From: Candidatus Acutalibacter pullicola
GTDB lineage: Bacteria > Bacillota > Clostridia > Oscillospirales > Acutalibacteraceae
Assembly (NCBI GenBank): GCA_019320095.1
Contig: DWXG01000004.1
Coordinates: forward strand, 11,678-75,677
DNA: 64,000 nt
Reading direction: 5' to 3'
A program made the position numbers and the translations under genes. Below, piece by piece: positions 1-9,807 of the stretch. The stretch's first letter is position 1. Each line of letters begins with the position of its first letter. Below the pieces are notes generated by a model. The model was not told the DNA's origin. It saw only the letters and a list, made by a program, of their open reading frames with translations, and did not search any database.

Positions 1-21
1 ATCAAACAGTTGATGGATCAT
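1..21 (-). CDS. 5' end of an unidentified gene running off the left edge (MIHQLFD...)
   Basis: AAAGGAG RBS followed by ATG at 21 on the minus strand, downstream of the DUF4091 gene. Confidence 0.5.
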
Positions 22-91
22 GGAAAACACTCCTTTCTGTGGGCTTTCTCCCAGGAAAACCCCAGCAAGCATGGTAAGGAAAAATGTGGCG

Positions 92-1720
92 TTACAGAGT
101 CTTTTGCAAAAGCTCCTGCAGCTTCTCCCGGGCGGCCAGAAGGGTTTCCCCCTGGCGGGGATACTGGGAGAAGGTCATGGACGCGTAACCGGGCAGCACT
201 TGGCTGCCCACGTCGCAGCCTAAGCGGGTTTCAGCCAGTTCCAGGGCACGCAGGTCCTGCAGCCCCTGGTGGAACACCTTCATGCGCAGAGATTTCACCG
301 GCCCCGCCTTCCCCGGGTAGACAGAGAAGGGATCGCCTCCCGGGAAAGCCCCGCCTCCATCCGTAACCCGCCAGGGATCCAGCTTTTGCCGGGAATTTTG
401 GCTGTACCAAAAGTTGTTGCCCCAGTGAAGAAATCCGGCCAAACGGTACTTGTACAGCTGCCAGCCCACAATGCGGTTGCGGGCGGAAGGCATGGCCAAA
501 AAGCGGTTGCCCACGTCCACGCACTGGCCGCAGCAGGTGTAGGCCCACAGGCCTGGAACCTGCCGTTCCAAAAAAGGATCGATGTGGTCTGTGGCCGCCA
601 CCGGATGCTCCACCAGACCGCTGTCGTAATAGGCCGGGTCCGACAGGGCGTCGTACAGGGGAAAGTCTCCCAAAAAGGGTTTGATCAGAGCCTTGGCCCT
701 GCTGTAGGACTCCAGGTGCTCCGGCGACGGCTCATCGGACAGGTGGAACATCACCTGGCCGGCGAGGCCCTTCTCCTCCAAAAACGCCACCAAAGCCGGC
801 AAAAACTGCCGCAAAAAGCTCTGGTATTCCTGGGAGACGGCAGAGGTGTCCCAGCCGAACAGACGCCGCCTCACCCCGTGCTCCACCCCATATATGGCCG
901 GGGCAAAGGCAGCCCCCCACTGGGTAAACAGGTGAGACATTTCAAAGCAGCGCACCCCGCATCCCTGGGCCATCTGCAGAAACCGCTCCAGCCGGGCAAA
1001 GGAGAAGCGGTAGGCATCCCCCTCCTTGTCCACCTCTACCAGCTGCACACAGGGCCGCTCTGTGCCCGGCTCCGTGTCCAAAGGCGGGGTGAAAAGAGGG
1101 GTGAGCACCGTGTTGACGCCCTCCTGCACAGCAGCTTTCAAATAGGCTTCCCACAGGTTCCAATGGGCCTCGCTATAGATCGGCACCCCGTAATAATCCG
1201 CCAGGCAATCCCCGTGGATCCACTGGGTGTAGCGCAGCCTTTGAGGCGGCAGGTCCAGCTCCACCACCTGCAGGGAGAAGGTGGCCTCCGCCTGCTCCCC
1301 TTGGCAGGAAAGCTGCAGGGAAATCGGGTACACCCCGCCGGGAAACTCTGGGGGAACCTGCACGCTCACCCACAGCACCGTGGGATAAAAAGAGCTGACC
1401 TCCACCCGATCCCCTTCCAAAGGAAGCAAGGGATCGGGGAACAGGCCTGGCCGGCTGGTCAGGTAGTCCTCATCCAGCCGGGTGGGATAGGCGGGCAGAG
1501 CACAGGGCACCTGCCCCACCTGAAACAGAGTGATCTCCGAGGCAAGAGGGGAGTCGACAGTCACCTGCACAGACGAGGCCCCCCAGCCGTCCTTTTGCAC
1601 CATCGCTTGGAAGGAAAATTCCTCCCCGCCCAAACAGGAAGCTTTTTCCCAAGGGTGGGAGGGAATCGGCCCCTCCAGAAAGATTTTTTCCAGGGAAGAA
1701 CACAGTCGTAAAGAAAGCAT
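92..1720 (-). CDS. DUF4091 / GH123-like glycoside hydrolase
   Basis: GGAGGG RBS then ATG at 1720; motifs SHLFTQWGA, HLSDEP, WAYTCC, GFLHWG, and SLR...QGLQDLRAL at the C-terminus. Confidence 0.75.
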   Translation of the reverse strand: MLSLRLCSSLEKIFLEGPIPSHPWEKASCLGGEEFSFQAMVQKDGWGASSVQVTVDSPLASEITLFQVGQVPCALPAYPTRLDEDYLTSRPGLFPDPLLPLEGDRVEVSSFYPTVLWVSVQVPPEFPGGVYPISLQLSCQGEQAEATFSLQVVELDLPPQRLRYTQWIHGDCLADYYGVPIYSEAHWNLWEAYLKAAVQEGVNTVLTPLFTPPLDTEPGTERPCVQLVEVDKEGDAYRFSFARLERFLQMAQGCGVRCFEMSHLFTQWGAAFAPAIYGVEHGVRRRLFGWDTSAVSQEYQSFLRQFLPALVAFLEEKGLAGQVMFHLSDEPSPEHLESYSRAKALIKPFLGDFPLYDALSDPAYYDSGLVEHPVAATDHIDPFLERQVPGLWAYTCCGQCVDVGNRFLAMPSARNRIVGWQLYKYRLAGFLHWGNNFWYSQNSRQKLDPWRVTDGGGAFPGGDPFSVYPGKAGPVKSLRMKVFHQGLQDLRALELAETRLGCDVGSQVLPGYASMTFSQYPRQGETLLAAREKLQELLQKTL

Positions 1721-1787
1721 AGAGTCCCCTCCGTTTATGAAAATAAAACAGGGAAGAAACCGGCGGTTTCCTCCCCACACGCAACGC

Positions 1788-2657
1788 TTACAAATTCCAA
1801 TCTGGAATATAGCGGGTCCCTTTGGCCCGGCGTTCTTGGGTGAACCCCTCCAGCCCCAGGTCGAACAGGGCGTCTTCCACCTTGGCCTGCTCCCGAGCGG
1901 TGAGGGGACGCTGCAGTTCCGGGAAGTCCTCCAGGGAACCGCAGGGGGTGTACTGGGCCATTAAGCTGACAGGAATGCCGGGAAACTCCTGTTGTATCCG
2001 CTGCAGACAGGCCAGGGAGTTTCTGGTATGGCCGGGCAAAACCAGGTGGCGAATGAGCACCCCCCGCTTCATCATACCGTCCTCCCCGTAGACCGGGGCC
2101 CCCACCTGACGGACCATCTCTCCTATGGCGGCCCGGGCTACAGCGGGATAGTCCGCCGCTTGGGAGAGGGCTTGGGCCAGGGCCGGGTCGTCGTATTTGT
2201 AGTCGGGCAGGTAGATGTCCACCAAACCTTCCAGGGAGCGCAGGGTCTCCACCCGCTCGTACCCGGAGGTGTTGTACACCACCGGCACCGGCAGCTTCCT
2301 CCACAGCAGAGCCTGCCGGATTTGGGGCACAAAGTGGGTCGGGGTCACCAGGTTGATGTTGTGGGCGCCCCGTTCCACCAAGGAAAAGAACACATCGCTG
2401 AGCTGCTGGGGCGTCAGCTCTTTGCCCCCATACCCTCCGTGGCTGATGGTCCCGTTTTGGCAGAAGACACAGCCCAGGGGGCAACCTGTGAAAAACACCG
2501 CGCCGGAACCTTTCTCTCCGCTGATGGGCGGCTCTTCCCAAAAGTGCAGGTCCGCCCGGGCAATGTGCACCCGCTCTCCTTGGCCGCACCGGCCCTCTCC
2601 CCTCTCTCCTCGGGGGACGCCGCAGTTTCGGGGGCACAGGCGGCAGGCGGCAATCAC
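1788..2657 (-). CDS. radical SAM protein, PflX-like (pyruvate formate-lyase activating family)
   Basis: GTG start overlaps the upstream TGA, with AGGAGG RBS; N-terminal CRLCPRNC, WEEPPISG, CxxxCxxC (CPLGCVFC), NINLVTPTH, IRHLVLPG. Confidence 0.85.
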   Translation of the reverse strand: MIAACRLCPRNCGVPRGERGEGRCGQGERVHIARADLHFWEEPPISGEKGSGAVFFTGCPLGCVFCQNGTISHGGYGGKELTPQQLSDVFFSLVERGAHNINLVTPTHFVPQIRQALLWRKLPVPVVYNTSGYERVETLRSLEGLVDIYLPDYKYDDPALAQALSQAADYPAVARAAIGEMVRQVGAPVYGEDGMMKRGVLIRHLVLPGHTRNSLACLQRIQQEFPGIPVSLMAQYTPCGSLEDFPELQRPLTAREQAKVEDALFDLGLEGFTQERRAKGTRYIPDWNL

Positions 2658-4345
2658 AGAACTTCCTCCTTTAGGGACAGCATGGCGCAGTTGCTGCCCC
2701 GCTGGCCCCGGGTTTTCCGGTGGGAGAAAAGCAGGTCGCTCTCGCACATGGTGCACACCTGGCCCACAGTGATATGTTCCGGCTGCACGCCCGCCGCCAG
2801 CAGGAACTGCCGGTTGCACTCCCACAGGTCCACATGGTATTTTTCCCGCTGGGGTCCTGTGACAAAGCGCTCCGCCTGGGGCAGTTTTTGAAACTCCAGG
2901 GCCACCGGCTCATCCACTTCAAAGCACTCCTTGCCGATGGAGGGCCCAATGGCCACCTGCAAGCGTTCCGGCCGGGTGCCAAACTCCTGCCCCATGCGCT
3001 CCACCATGGCCTGCGCCATACCCGCCGCCGTGCCCCGCCAGCCGGCATGGGCCAATCCAATGGCCCGGTGTTCCGGATCCACAAAGTACAGGGGCACACA
3101 GTCGGCGCAGTAGATCACCAAGGTGACCCCAGGGTCGTTGGTGCACAGGCCGTCGATGGATTCCATGTCCTTTTCTTTCCAGATGCCCACGCCCCGCTGG
3201 GCGACGCCCACCCGGCGAATGTGGATATGGTGGTCCTGGGCGCCGCACACCAGGGACTCCGGGTCAAAGCCTGCAGCGGCGCAGAAGCGGCGGTAGTTTT
3301 CCACCACGTGCTCCTCTTCGTCTCCCCGGCCGAAACCCACGTTCATGGAGGCAAACTCCTTTTGGCTCACCCCGCCGATCCGGGTGGTAAACGCGTGGTT
3401 GACGCCCGGCAGATTCTGCCAAGCGGCAAACCGCAGCACCCCCACTCCCTGGGGCAGGGAGAGTTCCATATTGCCCACGGGACCGGCCACGGCCTGCCGG
3501 GGCGCTTCAATATCAGGCAGAGGAAAGGTTTTCTTGTTCACGGTGAGTCCCTCATATTTCTGTTTGATGGTCAGCCTTCCGGCGAACAGGTGCCCGCAGC
3601 TGGTGCACCGGAAGTCCGCCCGAAAGCTTTTGTTTTTCACAGTCCAGCGGCCCAGGCGGCGGCTTTCCGCCCCGCACTTGGGACAGGGGAACCGCAGGTG
3701 GTTCTTCTCCACCAGAGGGCTGTGCAGATCGCAGATATAGGTGGTTTTAAAGGTGATGCGCCGGTAAAATTCCGGTCCGCAGCTTTCCACATAGGCGCGG
3801 ATTTCCGTGGGATCGTACACCCGGCGCAGCACCGCCAGGGTCATGCGGCTGTCGTCCAAGGCGCGGTGGTGGTCCATCCCTGTCAGGTCCAGGCCCAAAA
3901 GCTCCGCCGCCCGGGCCAGCCCCACCTGTTCCCGCCGTCCCAAAGCCATGCGGTCCTGGGTGTACAGCTGCAAATCGCAGTAACGGGAAAGGAAGGGCAC
4001 ATGCTCGTCGCCGCTGAAATACCGGCAGTTCTCAATGAGGGTCAGAATATCCGAGGTCCCCCAGGTCATCAGCACGCAATCCCCGGCCCAGCGCTTAAAG
4101 CGGCTCACCGCCTGCATGAAGGTGACGCCCCCTGTCAGGTTCTCATCGGTAATGCTGGTCAAGTGGGAGATGGTCGAGCTGATATGCTTGCCCACCTGAG
4201 GCCGCACAAAACAGGAAAAGGTATCCTTCTCCGAAAGATCGGGGCCGCATTTTACCGCCCCAAACTCAATAATTTCGTTAATATAGCCCTTCAGCCGCCG
4301 GCTGTAGGTGCCGTTCCACTCCAGGTCTAAAATGACAATGTCCAA
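2654..4345 (-). CDS. pgeF: fusion of DEDDh 3'-5' exonuclease, Zn ribbon and PgeF/YfiH (purine nucleoside phosphorylase-like) domain
   Basis: AAAGGAGG RBS then TTG at 4345; DLEWNG, WGTSD and HRALDD exonuclease motifs; CPKC...CTSC; HAFTTR, ADCVP, HAGWRG, GPSIG and FSHR PgeF motifs. Confidence 0.85.
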   Translation of the reverse strand: MDIVILDLEWNGTYSRRLKGYINEIIEFGAVKCGPDLSEKDTFSCFVRPQVGKHISSTISHLTSITDENLTGGVTFMQAVSRFKRWAGDCVLMTWGTSDILTLIENCRYFSGDEHVPFLSRYCDLQLYTQDRMALGRREQVGLARAAELLGLDLTGMDHHRALDDSRMTLAVLRRVYDPTEIRAYVESCGPEFYRRITFKTTYICDLHSPLVEKNHLRFPCPKCGAESRRLGRWTVKNKSFRADFRCTSCGHLFAGRLTIKQKYEGLTVNKKTFPLPDIEAPRQAVAGPVGNMELSLPQGVGVLRFAAWQNLPGVNHAFTTRIGGVSQKEFASMNVGFGRGDEEEHVVENYRRFCAAAGFDPESLVCGAQDHHIHIRRVGVAQRGVGIWKEKDMESIDGLCTNDPGVTLVIYCADCVPLYFVDPEHRAIGLAHAGWRGTAAGMAQAMVERMGQEFGTRPERLQVAIGPSIGKECFEVDEPVALEFQKLPQAERFVTGPQREKYHVDLWECNRQFLLAAGVQPEHITVGQVCTMCESDLLFSHRKTRGQRGSNCAMLSLKEEVL

Positions 4346-4367
4346 CCGGAGGCCTCCTTTCCGCCCC

Positions 4368-4400
4368 GCTTTCTTGAAAGAAAGCTTGGCAAAGAACTTT
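4368..4400 (+). repeat. dispersed palindromic intergenic repeat, copy 1
   Basis: GCTTTCT-TGAA-AGAAAGC hairpin followed by AAAGAACTTT; the same core occurs at 52568 and 52719 and a related form at 63250. Confidence 0.6.
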
Positions 4401-4558
4401 TCTTCGCGCTTTGGGCCGCTCGCTATCGCTCGGGCGTGTGAATCGTTTCCTCGCGTTCGCGTGTTTTCGCCTAGCCGATGGGTCTCAACCCCCGCCCTTG
4501 CCGCAGGCAAGAAGGCGGCTCGTCCTGCCCGGCCGCGGGCCGGCCACGCACCCGCGGA

Positions 4559-6385
4559 TTATTTTTTCTTGCTGGCCTGCTTCATGCGCAGTTCCTTGGA
4601 GAGGATGCGCTTGCGCATGCGGATGCTTTTGGGGGTGACTTCCACCAGCTCGTCGTCGGCGATAAACTCCAGGCACTGCTCCAGGCTCAGCTGAGAGTGG
4701 GGCACCAGCTTCAGGGCGTCGTCGCTGCCGGAGGCACGGGTGTTGGTGGCGTGTTTTTTCTTGCACACGTTGACGGTGATGTCCTCGTTTTTCGGATTGG
4801 CGCCTACCACCATACCTTCGTACACGTCCACACCAGGTCCGATGAACAGCCGGCCCCGGTCCTGAGCGTAGAACAGACCATAGGCGGTGGACTCTCCCGT
4901 CTCATGGGCGATGATAGACCCCTGCACCCGCTGCTGAATGTCCCCTTTGTAGGGCTCGTAGGAGTCGAACACGTGGTTCATGATGCCGTTGCCGTTGGTG
5001 TCGGTCAAAAACTCCGACCGGTAGCCCATCAGGCCCCGAGCGGGAATCTTAAACTCCAAATGGGTGGTGCCGCTCTCCCGGGAGCCCATATTCAAAAGCT
5101 CCGCCTTCCGGGAGCCGATCTTCTCCATAACCGCGCCCACATAGTTGTCGGGCACCTCGATCATCAGCAGCTCCATGGGCTCCAGGCGATGGCCCTCTTT
5201 GTCCTGCTTATAGATGACGCTGGGACGGCTCACCTGGAACTCGTACCCCTGGCGGCGCATCTGCTCGATCAAGATGGAAAGGTGCAGTTCCCCACGGCCG
5301 GAAACCTTGTAGGTGTCGGCGGAGTCTGTCTCCTCCACCCGCATGGCCACGTTGGTCTCCACCTCTTTGAAGAGCCGGTCCCGCAGGTTCCGGGAGGTGA
5401 CGTACTTTCCTTCCCGTCCGGCAAAGGGGGAGTTGTTCACCATGAACAGCATGGACACCGTGGGCTCGTCGATCTTCACAAAGGGCAGGGGCTCCACGCA
5501 GTCGGTGGCGCAGGCAGTCTGGCCGATGTTCAAATCTGCAATGCCGGACACGGCAATGATGTCCCCCAAAGAGGCGGATTCGTGCTCCACCCGCTTGAGC
5601 CCCTCAAACTGGTACAGCTTGGTGATGCGGGCGTTTTGCCGGTGGTCCTCCGCGCCGCCGCAGATGGTGACGGTTTGACCCACTTTGAGGCTGCCTCGCT
5701 CCACCCGGCCAATGCCGATACGGCCCACATAGTCGTCGTAATCGATGTTGGAGAACAGCACCTGGGTGGGGCCCTCCAAATCTCCCTGGGGCGCAGGCAC
5801 CTCCCGGAGGATCATCTCAAAGAGGGGGGTCATGTCTGTGCCAGGCACATCCGGATCCAACGTGGCAGTGCCCTCCCGGGCGGAGGCGTAACACACAGGG
5901 AAGTCCAACTGGTCGTCGTTGGCCCCCAGCTCGATGAACAGGTCCAGCACCTCGTCCACCACTTCCGCAGGGCGGGCGCCGGGCCGGTCGATTTTATTCA
6001 GGACCACCAGGGGCTTTTTCCCCAGGGCCAAAGCCTTTTTCAAAACAAAGCGGGTTTGGGGCATGCAGCCTTCAAAGGCGTCCACCAGCAGCAGCACCCC
6101 ATCCACCATTTGCAGAACCCGCTCCACCTCGCCGCCAAAGTCGGCGTGGCCGGGAGTGTCCACAATGTTGATCTTTACGTCGTTATACAGCACAGCCGTG
6201 TTCTTAGAGAGGATAGTGATGCCACGCTCCCGCTCCAAGTCCCCGGAATCCATGACGCGCTCCGCCACCGCTTCGTTGGCCCGGAACACGCCGCTCTGCC
6301 GCAGCAGCTGGTCCACCAAGGTGGTCTTGCCGTGATCTACGTGGGCAATGATGGCCACGTTGCGCAAATCTTCTCTCGTACCCAT
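4559..6385 (-). CDS. typA: translational GTPase TypA/BipA
   Basis: [55 protein letters not shown]. Confidence 0.97.
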   Translation of the reverse strand: MGTREDLRNVAIIAHVDHGKTTLVDQLLRQSGVFRANEAVAERVMDSGDLERERGITILSKNTAVLYNDVKINIVDTPGHADFGGEVERVLQMVDGVLLLVDAFEGCMPQTRFVLKKALALGKKPLVVLNKIDRPGARPAEVVDEVLDLFIELGANDDQLDFPVCYASAREGTATLDPDVPGTDMTPLFEMILREVPAPQGDLEGPTQVLFSNIDYDDYVGRIGIGRVERGSLKVGQTVTICGGAEDHRQNARITKLYQFEGLKRVEHESASLGDIIAVSGIADLNIGQTACATDCVEPLPFVKIDEPTVSMLFMVNNSPFAGREGKYVTSRNLRDRLFKEVETNVAMRVEETDSADTYKVSGRGELHLSILIEQMRRQGYEFQVSRPSVIYKQDKEGHRLEPMELLMIEVPDNYVGAVMEKIGSRKAELLNMGSRESGTTHLEFKIPARGLMGYRSEFLTDTNGNGIMNHVFDSYEPYKGDIQQRVQGSIIAHETGESTAYGLFYAQDRGRLFIGPGVDVYEGMVVGANPKNEDITVNVCKKKHATNTRASGSDDALKLVPHSQLSLEQCLEFIADDELVEVTPKSIRMRKRILSKELRMKQASKKK

Positions 6386-6495
6386 TCTTTCAACCGTTCC
6401 TTTCTCTCTCAAGGAAAAGTGCAAATCCTTCTCTCAGGGGGCGGCGCCTGAGCCAACCCCGGTTTCACACAGATCATCTCACGAATAACCGATTT

Positions 6496-6524
6496 ATTAT
6501 ACCACCAAACAGTGGCTTTGAAAA
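6496..6524 (-). promoter_or_regulatory. sigmaA-type promoter for typA
   Basis: TTTTCA-17-TATAAT with an extended -10 TG. Confidence 0.55.
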
Positions 6525-6700
6525 GCCCTGAATTGCACGGGCACCGAGATTTCCGCCGGCTGCCGGATTCTTCCAAAGAATCCTGGTACACTTCTCCAAA
6601 AAGTGAGAGCTTCTCTGCCATTTTTTTAAAATTCTGTGGGAGCGGCGCCTTCGTTTTTGGGACCGCTTCCCACCCGGGCAAGGAAGAGCGGGACACGCCC

Positions 6701-6729
6701 TTGCAAGTTCCGCCCACTTTTTGTACAAT
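6701..6729 (+). promoter_or_regulatory. sigmaA-type promoter for the MATE gene
   Basis: TTGCAA-17-TACAAT. Confidence 0.55.
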
Positions 6730-6784
6730 AGAGAGGTAGTTGCAGATTCAACCAATCTCTACAGAAAGGACGGGACCCTACCCT

Positions 6785-8176
6785 ATGCAGGCAGTTTCCT
6801 CTTCTACCAGTGATTTTTCCAAGGGCAGCGTGGCGGGCAACATCCTGCGCTTGGCTCTGCCTATGACCGTGGCCCAGCTGATCAACGTGCTCTACAGCGT
6901 GGTGGACCGGATGTACATCGGCCGGCTGCCCGATGCTGCCGGCAACGCTCTGACCGGCCTGGGGCTGACTTTCCCCATTCTCTCCATGGTCACCGCTTTC
7001 GCCAACCTGTTCGGCATGGGCGGCTCCCCTCTGTTCTCCATGGAGCGGGGCCGGGGAAACACAGACAAGGCCAAAGAGATTCTGGGCAACACCTTCGCCC
7101 TGCTGGTAGGCACAGGCGTGGTGCTGACTGTGGTTCTTCTGCTGATTAAGAAACCGCTGCTCTACGCCTTTGGCGCCAGCGACACCACCTACCCCTATGC
7201 GGACGGGTATCTGACCATCTACCTGTGCGGCAGCATTTTTGTGATGATCAGCCTGGGGCTGAACCCCTTTATCAATGCCCAAGGCTTTGGCCGCAAAGGC
7301 ATGATGACCGTACTGATCGGGGCGGTGACCAATATTGTTTTAGACCCCCTCTTCATCTTTGTGTTTGACATGGGGGTGCAGGGGGCGGCTTTGGCCACCA
7401 TTATCTCCCAGTTTTTTTCGGCACTGTGGGCCTTTTCCTTTCTGCGGGGGAAAAAGGCCATCCTCCGTCTGGAATGGCCCTATGTAAAACTGCGCCTGAA
7501 GCTGGTGTGGCAGATTGTCTCCTTGGGGTTTTCCAGCTTTGTCATGGCCATCACCAACTCCATTGTGCAGGTGGCCTGCAACTCCACCCTGCAGGCCTTT
7601 GGGGGAGATTTGTACGTGGGGGTGATGACCATTCTCAACTCGGTGCGGGAGGTGGTCTCCACCCCCATCAACGGCATGACCAGCGCAGGCCAGCCGGTGA
7701 TTGGCTTTAACTACGGGGCTCAGGAGTACAAGCGGGTGCGCACCGGCATCCAGTTCATCACCGTGGTCTGTGTGGTGTACACCACCCTGGTGTGGCTGCT
7801 GCTGTTTCTCTTTCCCCGGTTTTTTATTGGTCTGTTTTCCGGAGAAGAAGCCCTGCGGGAAGCAGCGGTGCCCGCCATGCACATCTACTTCTTCGGCTTT
7901 TTCATGATGAGCCTGCAAATGGCCGGGCAGAGCGCGGCGGTGGCCTTGGGCCGCTCCAAACAGGCGGTGTTCTTCTCCCTGTTCCGGAAGGTGATCATCG
8001 TCACGCCCCTGACTCTGCTGCTGCCCCATCTGTTCGGGCTGGGGGTCAACGGGGTATTTTTGGCGGAGCCTATCTCCAACTTTATTGGCGGCGGCGCTTG
8101 CTACATCACCATGCTACTGACCATCTGGCGGGAAATGGTGCGCAAGGAGAGAGAAAAGCTCTCCGCCGGCTCCTGA
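6785..8176 (+). CDS. MATE family efflux transporter
   Basis: about 12 TM helices; LYSVVDRMYIG, NIVLDPLFIFVFDMGVQGAALAT, QPVIGFNYGA. Confidence 0.92.
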   Translation: MQAVSSSTSDFSKGSVAGNILRLALPMTVAQLINVLYSVVDRMYIGRLPDAAGNALTGLGLTFPILSMVTAFANLFGMGGSPLFSMERGRGNTDKAKEILGNTFALLVGTGVVLTVVLLLIKKPLLYAFGASDTTYPYADGYLTIYLCGSIFVMISLGLNPFINAQGFGRKGMMTVLIGAVTNIVLDPLFIFVFDMGVQGAALATIISQFFSALWAFSFLRGKKAILRLEWPYVKLRLKLVWQIVSLGFSSFVMAITNSIVQVACNSTLQAFGGDLYVGVMTILNSVREVVSTPINGMTSAGQPVIGFNYGAQEYKRVRTGIQFITVVCVVYTTLVWLLLFLFPRFFIGLFSGEEALREAAVPAMHIYFFGFFMMSLQMAGQSAAVALGRSKQAVFFSLFRKVIIVTPLTLLLPHLFGLGVNGVFLAEPISNFIGGGACYITMLLTIWREMVRKEREKLSAGS

Positions 8177-8201
8177 CTTTTTGCCAAGCATACCTCTACA
8201 T

Positions 8202-8240
8202 AGGGAAAGGGGTTGACCGCCCCTTCCCTTTTCTTTTTCC
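8202..8240 (+). terminator. intrinsic terminator after MATE
   Basis: AGGGAAAGGGG/CCCCTTCCCT stem followed by a T-rich tract. Confidence 0.55.
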
Positions 8241-8359
8241 TTTCCGGCTGGTTCCATGAAGAACGCCTCAGCGGCAAAGACAAGGCGAAATAGGTGCCGC
8301 CCCTGTTTTAGTGCCATTCTCCATTTCGCCGTTTCCTCTTTGACATTTTTTTATTTATC

Positions 8360-8388
8360 TTGCAAGTTCCCTCTTTTTCCGCTACAAT
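8360..8388 (+). promoter_or_regulatory. sigmaA-type promoter for the rnf operon
   Basis: TTGCAA-17-TACAAT about 60 nt upstream of rnfC. Confidence 0.55.
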
Positions 8389-8451
8389 GAACCGTGGAGC
8401 CATTTGCCCCAGCTCTGGGGGCATGGGCTCCGAACCATACGAAAGGTTGGA

Positions 8452-9807
8452 ATGAAGCTTATGGAGTTGGAGTTTCCAAAACACCCCTTCCGCACCCATG
8501 GCGGCGCGGCGGTGTCCCACCACAAGAACACCTGGGACATCCCCTCCGCCGTTCTGCCGCCGCCGGAACGGGTTGTTTTACCTATGCAGCAACACATCGG
8601 CGCACCCTGTGTGCCCACTGTGAAAAAAGGGGACCACGTGTTTGTGGGCACGGTGGTGGGCGACAGCCAGGCTACTGTCAGCGCCCCTGTGCACGCCTCG
8701 GTTTCCGGCACCGTGACAGAAATCACCCAGGTGATGCTCACCGGCGGTCAAACCACCCAAGCTGTGGTGGTGGAATCCGACGGAAAAATGGAGAAAGACC
8801 CGTCCATTGCACCGCCGCCTCCTGTGACCACCAAGGAGGGCCTGGCCCAAGCTGCCCGACGGTCCGGCCTGGTGGGTTTGGGCGGCGCGGGTTTTCCTGC
8901 CCACGTGAAGCTGAACGTACCCGAAGGCAAAACCATTGACACCTTGCTGGTCAACGTGGCCGAATGCGAGCCCTATGTGACCTCCGACCACCGGGAGGCC
9001 CTGGAAAACGGCCGCAACGTGCTGGAGGGCGTGTACAAGATCAAGGAGATCCTGGGCGTGCACCGGGTGATTCTGGCGGTGGAAAACAACAAGCCCGACG
9101 TGATCCAAAAACTTACGGAGATTGCAGACGACCCCACCCGGGACCCCCTCAACCAAGTGCGGGTGCTCCCCTTGAAAAGCCGTTACCCCCAGGGGGCGGA
9201 AAAGGTGCTGGTGCAGGCCTGTACCGGCCGGAAGGTGCCGGAGGGGAAACTCCCCGCTGATGTGGGGTGCCTGGTGATGAACATCGGGTCCGTTTCCTTT
9301 TTGGCCAGTTACCTGCGCACCGGTATGCCCCTGACGCAGAAGCGGGTGACCATAGACGGCTCCGCCATCGCCCACCCGCAGAACGTGATTGTCCCGGTGG
9401 GCACCCCCATCAAAGACGTGGTGGCCTTCTGCGGCGGCTATAAGGCTGAGCCCAAAAAACTGCTCATGGGCGGCCCTATGATGGGCGTGGCCATTACCAG
9501 CGATGAGCTGCCCATTCTCAAACAGAACAACGCCATCTTGGCCTTTGCCGCTCAGGACGCCCTGCTGCGGGAACCCACCGCCTGCATTCGCTGCGGACGG
9601 TGCGTGGCCGCCTGTCCCATGAGCCTGATGCCCACAAAACTGGAACAGGCAGCCCAGCGCAAAGACCCGGAGGCCCTGCAGTCCCTCCATGTCATGACCT
9701 GCATGGAGTGCGGCTGCTGCGCCTACGCCTGCCCGGCAGGCCGGCGCCTGGTGCAGGCCATCCGCCTGGGCAAAAGCATTGTTAAAAAACAGGGAGGGAA
9801 GAAATAA
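8452..9807 (+). CDS. rnfC: Rnf complex subunit C
   Basis: QQHIGAP, GLGGAGFP, AECEPY, YPQGAEK, GGPMMG; two 4Fe-4S motifs (CIRCGRC, CMECGCC). Confidence 0.95.
   Translation: MKLMELEFPKHPFRTHGGAAVSHHKNTWDIPSAVLPPPERVVLPMQQHIGAPCVPTVKKGDHVFVGTVVGDSQATVSAPVHASVSGTVTEITQVMLTGGQTTQAVVVESDGKMEKDPSIAPPPPVTTKEGLAQAARRSGLVGLGGAGFPAHVKLNVPEGKTIDTLLVNVAECEPYVTSDHREALENGRNVLEGVYKIKEILGVHRVILAVENNKPDVIQKLTEIADDPTRDPLNQVRVLPLKSRYPQGAEKVLVQACTGRKVPEGKLPADVGCLVMNIGSVSFLASYLRTGMPLTQKRVTIDGSAIAHPQNVIVPVGTPIKDVVAFCGGYKAEPKKLLMGGPMMGVAITSDELPILKQNNAILAFAAQDALLREPTACIRCGRCVAACPMSLMPTKLEQAAQRKDPEALQSLHVMTCMECGCCAYACPAGRRLVQAIRLGKSIVKKQGGKK

Noticed and set aside
6701-8388. Shared TTGCAAGTTCC...TACAAT in the MATE and rnf promoters as a regulon motif
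   Set aside because: Most of the match is the -35/-10 consensus; only 5 extra bases are shared, which could be chance
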